A stretch of DNA of 64,000 nucleotides from Trichoplax adhaerens. Its lineage: Eukaryota > Animalia > Placozoa. How positions within the stretch are numbered: the first letter of the stretch is position 1; each line of letters begins with the position of its first letter. Below are positions 12,238-25,600 of the stretch, piece by piece. A model generated the notes under the pieces. That model saw nothing but the letters and a program-made list of their open reading frames with translations. It did not search any database and was not told the DNA's origin. The position numbers were made by a program, and so were the translations under genes. Location: assembly GCF_000150275.1 (NCBI RefSeq), contig NW_002060945.1, forward strand, positions 8,200,011 through 8,264,010, in the 5' to 3' direction.

Positions 12238-15200
12238 ATGGCCAACATCGATAGCGAAAAAGGTATACTCATAATTACTCAATTATTTCTGGCAATCTTT
12301 CGTGAGATTAATTATAACAATTTGTAAGCTTAGGCAAGTAAATGACATTATAATACAATGTAATGATTCAACGTCAATAACATCGAAATAACTTGCTGTA
12401 TAGGAATACTGTACACGTACTCGTACGTATGTAGGGTCTTGAAATGCCGTGTTGTTTTGTAGAGTTATTTCATAAAAAATGAAAGAATGCTAATTAATCT
12501 TATCATATCTTAGTCAAATCACTTTTAGATCAATTGGAAGCAGCCAAGTACGTCGACGAAATTTTCGATATCGCCGATGAATTCGACTGGGACATCGATG
12601 ATAGTAAAATCGAACCATTGAGGAGACAAGCTATACAGAACACACTCAAACTGCTGCCTAATGAAAATCAAAATACATATCAAGATGTAAGTGCCGCAAT
12701 TGTTTCAACTGATATTTATCAGCAGTTTACTTTAACAATTATGGACGCAGTAGATTCATCAGTGCACGCAGCGCAATCTTCAATTAACATGTAGAATTAA
12801 CAAGTGTAGAATATCACATTTGTATAATACTATAAATAATCAATCACGATTATTATTATGCAATCTGTGGTAATAGCAAGTTTGTAACGTACTAAATTTG
12901 ATAATATCGAATTAACGCAAACATACAACAGCAATCTAAATGTACTAATGCTATATATAGTAATACATCACATTAAATGTACAATCTAATAAATACAGCG
13001 TGGCGTAGTATATAGTAGTATCAACTGCATATTGAAGAAAAGTATAAAAGATCTATATTTAAGAATGTATTAGTTATAGGATAATCTGAAAACACTCCAG
13101 TTTTCAACTGAAATTGGTCTATAATTTCTTTTAACAATTATTAACTTTTCGATCGAATAATAAAAAATCCCAAATAATAATTACAAAGTAGTCAAAGTAG
13201 CGTATAAATGACTTATACTGCTAAAACGAATTTAACGAGATCGATTGGTTAGTATTAAAATAATTATCTTTAGTACCTTATATAAGATTACTACCATGTA
13301 TAGTATGGACGATGTCTGACAGCTCATTTATAATATTGTGACGGAGTACAGACTCCGTAAATTAATTATAGCGTTAGTTTCAGTAATTAAGATTTTATTA
13401 GTTGTTAATAACCTTTATTTATTAGGTACTCGTTAATTTTAATTTTATTAGTAGTCTAGTCTTACTTTTTGTAGACTCTATGCAGAATAGTGTACTTTCA
13501 TTAGCTAGTTAGCTGACGATTGACCGTGTAGTATACGCGTGTAGTTAGAGTAGTCTTGGATGTCAAGACCACCTTGGTTTAATAAACTAATTTAAAAGCC
13601 TAAGTCTAGTTTACTCTTAGCCCGTTGGGGGCACATTTGGCTATTGTAGCCTTAATATTTATACTGATTCAAAGACCCAGATTTCCTTGTCGTGAGCTGA
13701 ACACGACAAATATTGACACAAACTGAAGCATAACCAAGAGTTATATCCGCAACTTAATTGTTATAGGAAATTGAAAAATTAAGTCGTATCAGTGTTGATG
13801 ACAATACGGCAAGAAGCAAAATAAAAATTCTTCATGAAAGTGTTGAACGCCTGGTAAAGATAAGTAATGAATCGTCTCTAATACATCAACGGGAAGAATA
13901 TGAAAAAAATCTTAAGCGAAGTGATAATCATTCCACGCTAGAAGATTTTAAATATCCAGTTCTAGTTACGGGTAATGTTAATGATAATTATATAGTTATT
14001 TTTACATACTGGTAGTTTATATCATTAAATACCTATCTAGATCGAAATTAGATGCGGGATATTGCTGTTGTCAAATTTTATTGATTATGATAGAGAAATT
14101 CCATTTTCTTAGTTCAACTGTGGCAATGATAATGATAATTGATGAATATAGTAATTAACTATAATTCAATTTTAGGTGAAACTAGTGCTGGAAAATCCTC
14201 TTTGCTGAATTATCTACTTGGTATAGAGTTATTGTCAACTCATACACTAAGTTGTACTAATAAAATATGTGAAATCAGATATGGTGAGATGCCAAAAATT
14301 GACATAATCAATGCTGACAGTGGTGATAAAATCAGTACTAATAGTTGGCCGCTAGATAGTAAAGATTCTGCCATAAAAGAAATTCGGTCATTAACCACGG
14401 ATGAAGGTCTTTTTGGGCACCTTAATAAGGCTAGTGGAATGAAAGAAGGTGAAGATCCATCCAATCAGCCATTGATATTGGATGAAGATGTTTCCCAATA
14501 CTCTAGTGAGAATCATGAAGTAAGACCAGGTGAAGACCCATTGACCCATACGTCGATGCTAGATTGTCTTTCCCGACACCCTAAGCAAGAAAATAACATA
14601 ACAGCGCATAAAGACTCTCAAGATCAGTTATCAACACCAGAAAACTGCTTCCAAAACACTAACACAGACAACGAAAAGAAAGTAAGAAGAGACTCATCAA
14701 ATCAGTCGGTAACATCGGAGGAAAACCTTTATCGATCCCTGCACGAGGACTTTGAAGCGGTGGCAAGAAAATTACCATTCAATCAGTCAGTAATCTCTGA
14801 TGAAGACCTTTACCAACGATCTAATATGGGTAATGAGATGATGTTAAGTGAATCCTCATCTAGTTTGACGTTTATATCGGAAGATCCTTTGCAACATTCT
14901 GACGAGGATGACGAAATGATAGAAAGTAAAAGCAAGCCTAATATACTAATTAGAATACATTGGCCGTCTAAATTCCTTAAGGTAAGGACGCGATGGTGTC
15001 AAAAATCCTAATTACGTGTATCAAATCATATTTTGTAAACAACTGTTTTATTGAATACATAGAAGCTTATCTAAGAAAGCAATATCATTCATTTTATTTT
15101 TCTCAAATATTTACTTAATATGTTCAGTGTACAATTAAATTACTTGTACTTAATAGTAATATAACATCATTGTGCAAACGATTTAATACTATATTTTCTT

Positions 15201-18200
15201 TACGGTACTGTTGTTTTACTAGCACCTCAAGTAATTCATTGTATCGCGCTCTAACAGTTTTAAAATAGAGTTACTTACTTGAGTGATTATGTTTAAGGGT
15301 GGCATGCAAATTGTTGACAGCCCAGGGATTGGCGAGAAAGAGAATATACCAAAGGTCTTGAAAAAGTACATTTACAAGGCGGTTGCCTACGTTATTGTTA
15401 TCGATTCTGGTAATGCTGGAGGGATACAGGAGGGAAGGGTAAAGTATATTTGAATAGAACTATATAGAGAAAGGTAATTTACATGATGTTTTATCCAATG
15501 TTTGATTACGACTTCATTTGATGCTACATGACCTAGCTTCAAAACTTACTACAAGAAATATCCGGTGTACTGGGAAAGGATGGCTATTCGAGTTTTGAGT
15601 CTTCAATGGCTGTATTTGTTTGTAACAAATGGGACACCGTACCGTTTTCGGAAAGAGAAGAAGTGAAAAATGATAGTTTAAGAAAACTGAAACGCTGCTG
15701 GCCTACTATGGTGGAATCTCAAGTAATATTCTTATCAACTAAAATATTGTTGGAGGCTAGAGCTTACAATCCCGATGCTTTAATATTACCGGAAGCTCAT
15801 CGATTATTTGATAAGCTTATTGAGTTGATTCCTATTAGTCGTAAACGGAAACTTTTCAGATTTTACAGGTTAGTATGTCATAGTCAAATAAGTATTAGCT
15901 AAAGAAATAATTCATACGGTATCTTTGCGATATTTTACTTTTATCTTCAGGTGTATGATAAAATTCGTTGAAGAAGTTCAGGAAACATGTTGGTGCTATC
16001 TTCTGAAAGCAAATTCAGAAGATTATCGAAAACAAATCTGTGAAGACCAAGCAAAGGAATATCAGCTACTACAAAAAACACATGACTTATTTAAAACACT
16101 AGAAGCAGATAAAAATAAATTAATTGATGATGCAATAACGAAATATCTAAACTTACTTAAGTGTCTGAATTTTAAATCTATTGCTAAATGGTCTGAAAAG
16201 GACCTCGCAGATAAAGAATTTGAAGAAGATAATCTAAGGATACTACAAGAACATGCCGCTAAAAAAATTAGAAATCGATTAAATACCCATCTGCAATCTA
16301 TTGGTGAAACGATACATAATGATCTTTGGAGCAAGAACGATTCACTAATAGAAGAATTCAATGTTAAACTAGATGAAATCTTTCATTTAGTAGTACCTAA
16401 CTCAATTGAATCTACTAATTCCTTTAAGCACAGATACAGGAGCAGTTTTGACTTGGATGAAAGAGTAGGATACTCAAACTTTTCAGAATTACATGGATTT
16501 TATGATTTATGGGCTGACATCGATGCAAAGAAAAGAACTGTTGTAATCCTTACTAGTCCAGTATGGGTGGCTCCAGTAGTCATAGCTAGTTCAATTAATC
16601 AACTTGCGAAATCATTCAGACGTAAACATAAACAAGAAGAGATTCAGACATATAAAAAAAAATTGGCAGAAGAAATGAGAATGAAGACATTGGAATATCT
16701 TGAGGATATTAGCTCGGAAGAGTTTGCCAGAAAATTTATCTTTGAAAAAATCAATTCATTTACCAATACCGTAATAGAAAATGTTAAAATATCTATATCC
16801 AGATCATTAAATTCTAGAATTAAGGCCGCCAAAATTGTTTTAGAGGATAAATGCACGCCTAGAGAAATCAATAAAATATATCGACCGATTGAAAAAGTAG
16901 CAGAAAAACTGCATTCCCAGTTACGTGATTTCTATTCGAAGGAGCTAGCTGTATCATCAGTCAAATTCAATAATCTACGTGGATATGATGAAAAATCTAC
17001 TGCGATATCCTTAGGATTAAAGGTCAATTTATATCGGGCAAGTATCTATATAAGCGGTAAAGAAATTAAGGTCATTATCCAAGTTCCGGTAAAGAAGTCT
17101 ATGCGTGAAATGCATGACTTTACTAATAATTGCAACACCATTATGGCTAGGTAGGGCGCAGTTTTCATCAATAGTAAAAAGAGATAGAGTGATAAAAAAT
17201 TTTTTTTACACGCATATTAAAGCTAAAGAATCACTTTATTTCTTGCAATATTAAGAAAAGCAACTACTATAATACATTCTTAATAATTAATTTATTTCAT
17301 TTTTGATATATTTAATCTCTGTAATCAATTCTATGACTAGATCTCTAGAATCGACAAGTATCGCAAAATTTCTAGGTATTTGCCATTCTCCGAACGTAAC
17401 AGCTATTGGAATTTTCGAAAATTCTCTTTTTACACTCGAAGACTTAATTCTATATGACCAAACCCTTATTGCCGAAGCTGATATGAATATTATTCGCCAA
17501 AATGATCCAGATGTAATACGATTAATGAAGATTTTTTCCATGGTTTATCAAATCATAGAAGGGATCAAATTCTTACATGAAAACGAACTGATTCATGCTC
17601 ATTTGACGCTTGGGAATATTTTGGTAAATTGAACGGCTATTCAGCATAATTTCAAATTTAGATTACAGTACTTCAGATATCGAAAATCTAGCTTGAAAAG
17701 CTGCTTTTAAGATAAGAAACGTCAATCTGGCAACTCAATAATTTATCGAATTAAAATTTTCTAAAGTTCGACCTAGTAATAATCCTTCATGATATTATTA
17801 CTGATAAATTTCAGCAAGTCCTAAATATCAGCAATTTTTTATTTATTTTGATAATAGGTTTACTTCCAAGCAGATCGACTCAAATTAAAGCTATGTCATC
17901 TCATGAAAAATTGTGTAATTGATCCAAAGATTGATTTTGAAAAGTCCATACTCCATTATTTGGCACCTGAAGTTTTGAAAGGTAAATACATTTATTATCG
18001 AATGCATTTGTTTGAGATCAATACCAATAGCTACAACCTTCCTTATTCTATCTCAGTTTGTGATTGTTGCATATATAGTTAGTAATAGATTAAATACGAT
18101 ATGTTAACCATAAAGGCATAAATAAAAGGAAACACTATATATGTACGTATATGATGATTGTATGATAGTACTTGTAATACAGTAGGTGATAAATAACATT

Positions 18201-18728
18201 GTAAAAGGTGGACTGATAAGTTACTAATTGTAGTGCGAAGTATAAACTGTAATCGTATCGAGGTATAACCTCGTGTTGCTATAAATACCGATCATCTATC
18301 TAATAATAAAATGTGGTTATCAATCTTACTCACGGAGTGAACTTATTATTGAAGAACATAACAGTGATATAAACAGAACAATTATAGAGGTCTATTTTTG
18401 TATCACGTTATTAACTTGTTCTTCCACATTCAACGATATGTTAGATCGTAAATGTTTACAAGCTTCAGATATTTACAGCTTCGCAGTATTATTCTGGGAA
18501 ATTTGGCATTGGAAATCGATACCAGAATTGTTTAGCTGGAATATCAATACTGATCCTGGTGAAAAAGTAAAGGATTTATTTGAAACAAACACACTTATTC
18601 CTAAGCTTCATAAAGATTTGTACAGTATTTGCTTTGATTCCTTTGCTGTTAATCCTAAAGAAAGACCGGATATTTTTTCTTGGTATGATACGTTTCAAAT
18701 GCTAGAGAGTACAGTTAACTGCAGATAA
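12238..18728 (+). CDS. B1: dynamin-like GTPase fused to a C-terminal pseudokinase (DSTYK-like architecture), ~1190 aa, intact
   Basis: Exons 12238-12262, 12514-12686, 13767-13971, 14176-14981, 15298-15438, 15537-15868, 15951-17150, 17341-17623, 17858-17981 and 18445-18728 total 3573 nt in frame. GTPase motifs: G1 VLVTGETSAGKSS, G2 SCT, G3 VDSPGIGE, G4 CNKWD. Kinase-fold motifs: IAKFLGIC, QIIEGIKFLHENELIHAHLTLGNIL, LKLCHL, YLAPEVL, SDIYSFAVLFWEIW, ERPDI. The 25-nt first exon is less certain. Confidence 0.87.
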
Positions 18729-19089
18729 ATGATATTATAAAAATACTATCAGCTTTGCATTGTCAATACAAGGAATACTTGAGTCTTACATAGACGATTG
18801 TGTATTGTAAGAAATGTATTTAGTCCCAATTGCGATTTAAATCTTTGACTGCAGCAACCACTACAGGGTCTAGAGCTTTGTAATGAAGATTAATTTTTAG
18901 AATTTTCCTTCAAGTTCTGATATTGTAATTATTCTAGCTTAGTTTTTGTATCGCGATAAGTATTCTTGCTTTAAAAATATAACTTATTTGGTAGTGTAAT
19001 AAATGCATCCCATCGTAATTATCTTAGTCAAATGGTATTTTCTAAAAGGCTTTATTACAAAATTTTAGGAATAGTAGAGCAATAATTAA

Positions 19090-19530
19090 TTACTGCAAGA
19101 ATCTAGTCTAAAATCTAAAGTATTCCGAGCTCAAAGTGAAGTAAAGTCTCTTTTCTGTCGTGAGGTCATCTCTACAGTACTTATGAAACATTTCGTAAAA
19201 TCCATTTATGACAACTTGATTAATCTACAATCAGACATGAGTAGTCAACCAAAATACTTTTCAAATAGTGCATCATTATCTTCTACAATCTAAATCATTC
19301 TACTTAAGATGTCACTACACTTCTAGTAACGTCTAGCCCCTTTCTCTGAAGGGCATCTTAACAACTACAGTGTTTCTAGCCACATAAATCTTGTACCATA
19401 ACTAGTCGACTGGCTAGTCTTAGTCATCGACAATTTCTAATATAGTAGTTAGCAATCATCTAATATTAGCTTCATGATAATATCTATTCAGAATAACCTA
19501 ACTATATCAAATATAGCTATCCGTATAATT
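19090..19530 (+). repeat. Non-coding block downstream of B1, duplicated in B2 intron 2 (~24190-24640)
   Basis: Colinear shared segments, e.g. cttgtaccataactagtcgactggctag...caatttctaatatagtagttagcaatcatctaatattag versus cttgtaccataattagttgactggctaa...taatttctaatatggtatttagcattcacctaatattag. The tacaatcagac and gagctcaaa anchors are also shared. Confidence 0.8.
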
Positions 19531-19589
19531 AAATATGGGTGAATCACTACAGGTTGATAATAGTAGAAGATTTTACTTAAAATTTTAGT

Positions 19590-21040
19590 ATATTGTAAAC
19601 CCGACTGCTTTATTCGGGTTAGAATTTAAAAGAATTTGTAGAATAATTTTTGCTAAGAATCAGATAATGTGATTTTTTAATTCAAGCAAATGAATTTAAT
19701 TCATAAAATATATGTGTGCTAAGTTTTGATCATTAATTACAGTAGAAGTTAATGTTACTTTGTAATTTCATACAGTATGAACCCAAACGTTTGATCTGGG
19801 TTCTAATTTAAGATTGTTATTTTGTTTTAGTGTTGTAGTGAAGCACCGATAAACTTAAGACTAAGATTATAGAATAGTACGGAAATAGATAAATTGTACG
19901 TTAGGTTGTAAGATTGCCTAAGTGTCTAATTGTGGAAGATGTTTTCAGTACGTGTTGTAGTAATTATATTGAGATGCTTATGTTATATTAAGATTCTGAA
20001 AATTATGAAGTAATAGCGCGATAGTAAATTTAGATATGAACTTCTAACTTAATTGGTAAGATATGATTGTACTTGAAGGAAAATCATTGAGTAACTAATT
20101 AAACATAAATCGTGAATATTGCTGTAATAATTTAGGTAGTCCTTGGTAGTTGTGAGACGAACCTAACCTTATGTAATAAAATGAAGTTTACAAGAAACTA
20201 TAGTTCTTGTTATATTTTTGAGAAGACACTTTATCACAAGTGTATATTGTAGAAATGTATAGTTTCAAACTAAACTATACTTAGTATTAATTTAGTAGTT
20301 TTCGGAAATCTAGGGTATAACTTATCTTATCATGTGTGTTTGATCGCTAGTTTAATTTGGAGTACTTTAGAATGATAGTTGGATGTTTATATCATTTCGC
20401 TAATTAAAATGCTACATTTTATAAGTTCGTTATTACTACTCAGCTACATTGTTGAGTTTATTGAATTATGAAATCAAGGTTGAAAGCGTATTCAGTTTGA
20501 AGGAATTTAAATTGCCGAATAGGGTTTATAATTGTTAGTTGTCTCTCCTCTTCGACAGGAGTCTAATTGTTCTTTAAAGTCTTATATAGTTTCTAATCCC
20601 CCGGTACGGACATTATACTTTATACAGATCCTTTATGCCGTTTTAAAGCTTGCTATTTCACTGATTTCATTTTTATTTATAATATACGAGTATGCCATTC
20701 CTAGTTTCTAGCCGTAGTTCGGAAAATATATAGTAAGAAAATTTTTCTATGGCAAAATTTAAATCAAATCCTTGATACTAAAAAGTGACAAAAAACAGAA
20801 ATTAAATTTTTAGGTTTATTCTATACGTCTTTAATGATATGTAATAATGAATAGAACTTAATAACTTCATATCACATTTGAAGTCTAAATGGTAAAATTA
20901 ATTAACTATTGTGATAAAATCCGATCGCTATACTTCTAAAGCTGTAAAAAATTAAAATTTTATTAGATCTAATACAAGGACTAGCTGTACACAGCTCTAT
21001 TCTAGCCGGATACAATCACTGAAAGACTTCTAGAAATATA
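19590..21040 (+). repeat. Non-coding block with a direct partial copy at ~30145-30410 and an inverted copy at ~31280-32690
   Basis: tattgtaaacccgactgctttattcgggttagaa recurs at ~30148. ttgatctgggttctaatttaag..ttttagtg recurs at ~30371 and inverted at ~32400-32440. 20910-21035 is the diverged reverse complement of 31281-31405. Confidence 0.75.
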
Positions 21041-22607
21041 TGATTTACAATTCTATTTCTACCTCTAACCTTATTAGTAGCTCAACATCTTACTGTATAT
21101 AGTCATCTGTGCTATAGCACGGAGTCTATCCTTACCGTCTACAATTGTGGGCTACTAAATATATCGAAAGGTAAATATAGAAAAGACACTACCGTACATC
21201 ATACTAAACATGGCTAATATTCTACAATCACAATACTAAGTTACTTTACAACTATATACTTAAACTTATAAAATTTACGTTTATAAATATTATTATACAG
21301 TAAGTTATTCTGCTACTACAAGATACTTACAGTACCTAGATGCTAAAGCTGCTTTATAACCAACCTGATATTCAATGCTATATCTGGTGTTACGAGGATC
21401 GCAAAGTGAATCTTTAGCATTAGAAATTGCTTAATATTCGTATCTCAATTTATTAGGTTTATCTGTTAACGAAGGCATATTCTGTAGTATTTTAAGTTTT
21501 AATATAAGATACTATCTTAAAGATTAATTAGTGAGATTGCGGGCAGTGTATAAAGAGATCCTTTCAAAATAGCCTTAGGTGACGAAAGTATTAACAAAAC
21601 TTTTAATGCAATAGAATTAGACGTCACATTCATGGTACCCATATTCATTATAAGAATAGTAATTCTATAAACAATTTGTCCAATTATATGATAAAAGAGT
21701 CAAGTAATAATTTTATTTATTCAATAAGATAACGGGCTATTTACTCTGTAATAGTAACATTATAGAAAACAAAATATCGGATTGTACAGTTATTGTATTG
21801 TTTTTTGAGTTCATTTATTCTTATCTCGTGTAAAGAAGCTTAATACTTCAACTTATAATTATTAATAATTTAAAGCGGTCGCACGTACCATGCCTTTACT
21901 GAATAGTACTATTAATATAAATTTTAAATCATCGTGATATGCTGCCGCCATACTAAATAGTATTACACATTTTCATACTACACAATATAAACAAAATTTA
22001 TTGCTGTAAAATCTACCCAGTTAGGAAATAATGCTAGATATAAAGCCCACAATAGCCGAAAAAATTCGAGCAAAGGAAGCTAATAGTATTAGAAAATATA
22101 ATCATACTATGCGAATATTGTATACCAGATTACTATACAAGGATAATCGATTTACATAGCGATTTATTGACAAAGTAGATATATAATTTTTAATGTATAA
22201 AGTTATATGGTCTAGTTCATGAAGTAGCAATATATTTTATCATCCACAACTAAATCATAATAATACATGACAGTGTCATTCTTTTATTTTAAGCTATACA
22301 TGAATACTCCAAGCTGAGACCGCTTTGAATTGTTGACCTATTGTTTATTTCATCTAATGATTAAAAAAACGGTAAACAGACTTGTGTAGCTGCTCCGGCT
22401 ACTAGTGATTTAAGTTCTATATAGATCATTAGGAAACGGCACAATCAGCATTAATTTAAACGTATAGATATAAATCTGCCTCGGCGGTAAGGTATCAGTA
22501 CACATCGGTAACGTGGAGCGCGCTCAATTTTTTTCCTACAGAGGCATAGAAGCTAAAATAATCTAACCGAAGCCGATTCAATACCGTGCAACAGACTCAC
22601 TACTAAT

Positions 22608-25600
22608 ATGGATATTTCAGGTATAATATCTTCAAATGGTCTTCATTATATTCATGAAACTTTTAATAAGTTAATATATGATCAGCACTAGATTTTAGGC
22701 CAGAATACTCTTGAATAGTGTAATTAGTAATGGCACTAATGTAAATAATATCGTAGGTATGGTTTCACATCCATAATATTGTGTTTGATGAAATTAAAAA
22801 TGTTAGTTCACCAGTAATTTTGTTCTAAATAATGAAATAACTAACGTATTCGAATTTAACTTTAGTTGAGTCACTTTTAGAGGAGTTGGATGCCGCTAAA
22901 GAGTTATCTGTACTATTCGACATTGCCGATTCACTAGGATTGGATATTAATGCAACGGATATCTCAGAATTCAAGAATAAGCTTACTCAATGCGTACGTC
23001 AGTTGCAGCCTAACGAAAAACAAGTTACATATCATGATGTAAGTACTTGCTTCAATTATTTTTTCGAAAAGTTTATTAACGCTAATTGATCCTTTACTGA
23101 CACAAAAAATCAATTATAGATACTATATCATCTTTATACCATTTTTATTTCATTTTTATGTGTTGTCACTAACCAACTTTTTGATGAGGTTTACGTCAAG
23201 ATAAATCTCTCAATTTCTAAAGTCTCTAAGATTCAGTATCCCTTAAATACTCACAAGAACTTAGATGCCTTTGCTTCTAGGTTATAAAACTAGCCAACTG
23301 ATTTTATTCAATTATTTACTGAGCTTATATATCTCTCGGAAGTAGCTAACATTGATGAATCGTTTTGCAACAATAATTGTCAATAATAATTATCGATACT
23401 GACATCTACTGATTGATTCTATATAATTGGACCTCAGTATGTCCATTCACAGAGTCATTTCAGTACACCTGCTATCTACTATTAGTCAGAATTCTGTTAC
23501 AAGAGCTTGTACTGTATTCGATTACTATAAAAGAATTTTATTACAGTACAATAAAAAAATTTGGTGTAAAATGTTATAACTCCAGCGATTCCTACTTTAA
23601 GCTATTAATTGTAATCTCCTAATATAAATGTTAAAGTCGTAAAGTTTGCTTATTTGATTCTCCACAGTAGTTTGTACCGTAACAGTATTAATGATATCAA
23701 ATAATATTGAGATGTTTAAAGATCTCACATAAAATATCGCATAAAGTGATTTCACTCTGTAATGGAAAGAGATTTAGCTTATTTTAATTCATTACTAGTT
23801 AACACGAAACATTGTCATCTTTAACATTTAGTTATAACATAATATTATTGTCTTTAACATTAATGGATATTATATTTATGATAGCCAATCAATAGAAAAG
23901 TAACATTCCAACTTGCCTATCTATTACAGCCTCTGGCACAAAATACAAGTAACTAGTTTTTAATAATACTACCATTCAAAACTAGTCTTAACTAGCTGAG
24001 CAATCTCTTCAAAATGAGTGCTAAACTTTGTCAAAATCTATCGATTATATTATATACGATACTTTATGAAATAAGAATTGATCTAACTTTGATAAAAGTA
24101 TCGCATAAAATAATCGTCTTAGATCATATAGTTTTTATAAAATAAGGCTTCTATGGCAAAATTTAAGATTAGTGAAGTAATAATTAGTTTAGAACAATAA
24201 TCCAATCTAAATTGTCCTGAGCTCAAACAAAGGGAAGTCTAATCTAGGTTCATCTGTGTCGTTGTTAAATGCATTTCCTTTAGTCAAATTACGGCAACAA
24301 AGTTGTTTACAATCAGACGTGAATCATTGAACAGGATGCTTTTCCATAAATAGATCATCACTATGTTTTGCAATATAAATGAATCTGCTTTAAAATATCG
24401 CTACTCTTCTGTTAATGTTCAATATCACAAGATTCTGAGCATCTTCACAATTACAGCACTCAAGTCACATCAACCTTGTACCATAATTAGTTGACTGGCT
24501 AATATTAGCAATCAATAATTTCTAATATGGTATTTAGCATTCACCTAATATTAGTGGCGGGTAATGAGCTAGTCACGGTAATAACTATTCTTAGAAACAT
24601 AACTATATCAAAAATAGCTATCAATGCAATTGAATATAAATTCGTACTCAATCGGGTACACCTGCATTATCAAACCGATATACAGCGTTCATGAGTAGAA
24701 TCTATGGATATTCATTCTAGGATTGCTAGCATTGCCATGAAATTGATATCCTAGTTCTCAATCAAGCATCGAACTTATCATGTAGCAATAATTACTAATT
24801 TGTCGATTGTTGCTAATTATTTGAAGGAATCTGAAGAAGTGGTTTTCAATGCTTCTACTTCTAATGAAACAACGTTTTATGAATTTTCATGTTGATATGT
24901 ACGCATAGATAAACTATTAGTATTTTACGAAGCTTTCTTGAAATAAAGTATTGAATTTTTTACCAATCAAATAAATTAGAAGAAAATAGCAATCACCAAC
25001 AGCTTAACATTTAGTAATGCTAATCAATTAATTCACAATAGCTATAATTTAATGCAACAAGAAAATTTAGGGCTAGTTCTTAATATAACTAAATCGTCTA
25101 ACTTATTTATATGGAATGGTAATCACTAATCTTTTATCTAGCTTATTATTATAATTATAACATTTAATATTCATTCACGATCAAAGCTTGCTATTTGATG
25201 TCCCAATTTTAATTCTCACGTAAAGTTTTTATTACTTTTCTGTAATAACTTCTTAATAACTAAATTTATGATTAATTTATGTTTAATTTTTTTACAGCAA
25301 ATTAAGAAATTAAATGTTATTAGAAATGATGATGATAAAGCAAGTAAGGCGCTATCAGCTCTGCAAGCAGATATTAACGATATGGAAAAGAAATTTGATA
25401 AGTTACTTCCTTGCGGAATAAATGGGCTTAAGATGGAATGCCCGGATAAAAATGAACAAAAGGACAATTCAAAAATATTAGACGATTTTAAATATCCTAT
25501 TCTTGTTACGGGTACTACTAACTATAGTCGCTACTATGCCATCATTTTTTGCCCTTAAAATCTAACTTTAAATGCTTAAGTAAATATAGAATACCTAAGA

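Noticed and set aside
12238-18728. Assigning the gene symbol DSTYK, MFN/fzo or LRRK/Roco to class A or B
   Set aside because: The architecture is reminiscent of DSTYK and mitofusin, but orthology cannot be shown without a phylogeny. The kinase is catalytically dead, and there is no Roc-COR or LRR signature.
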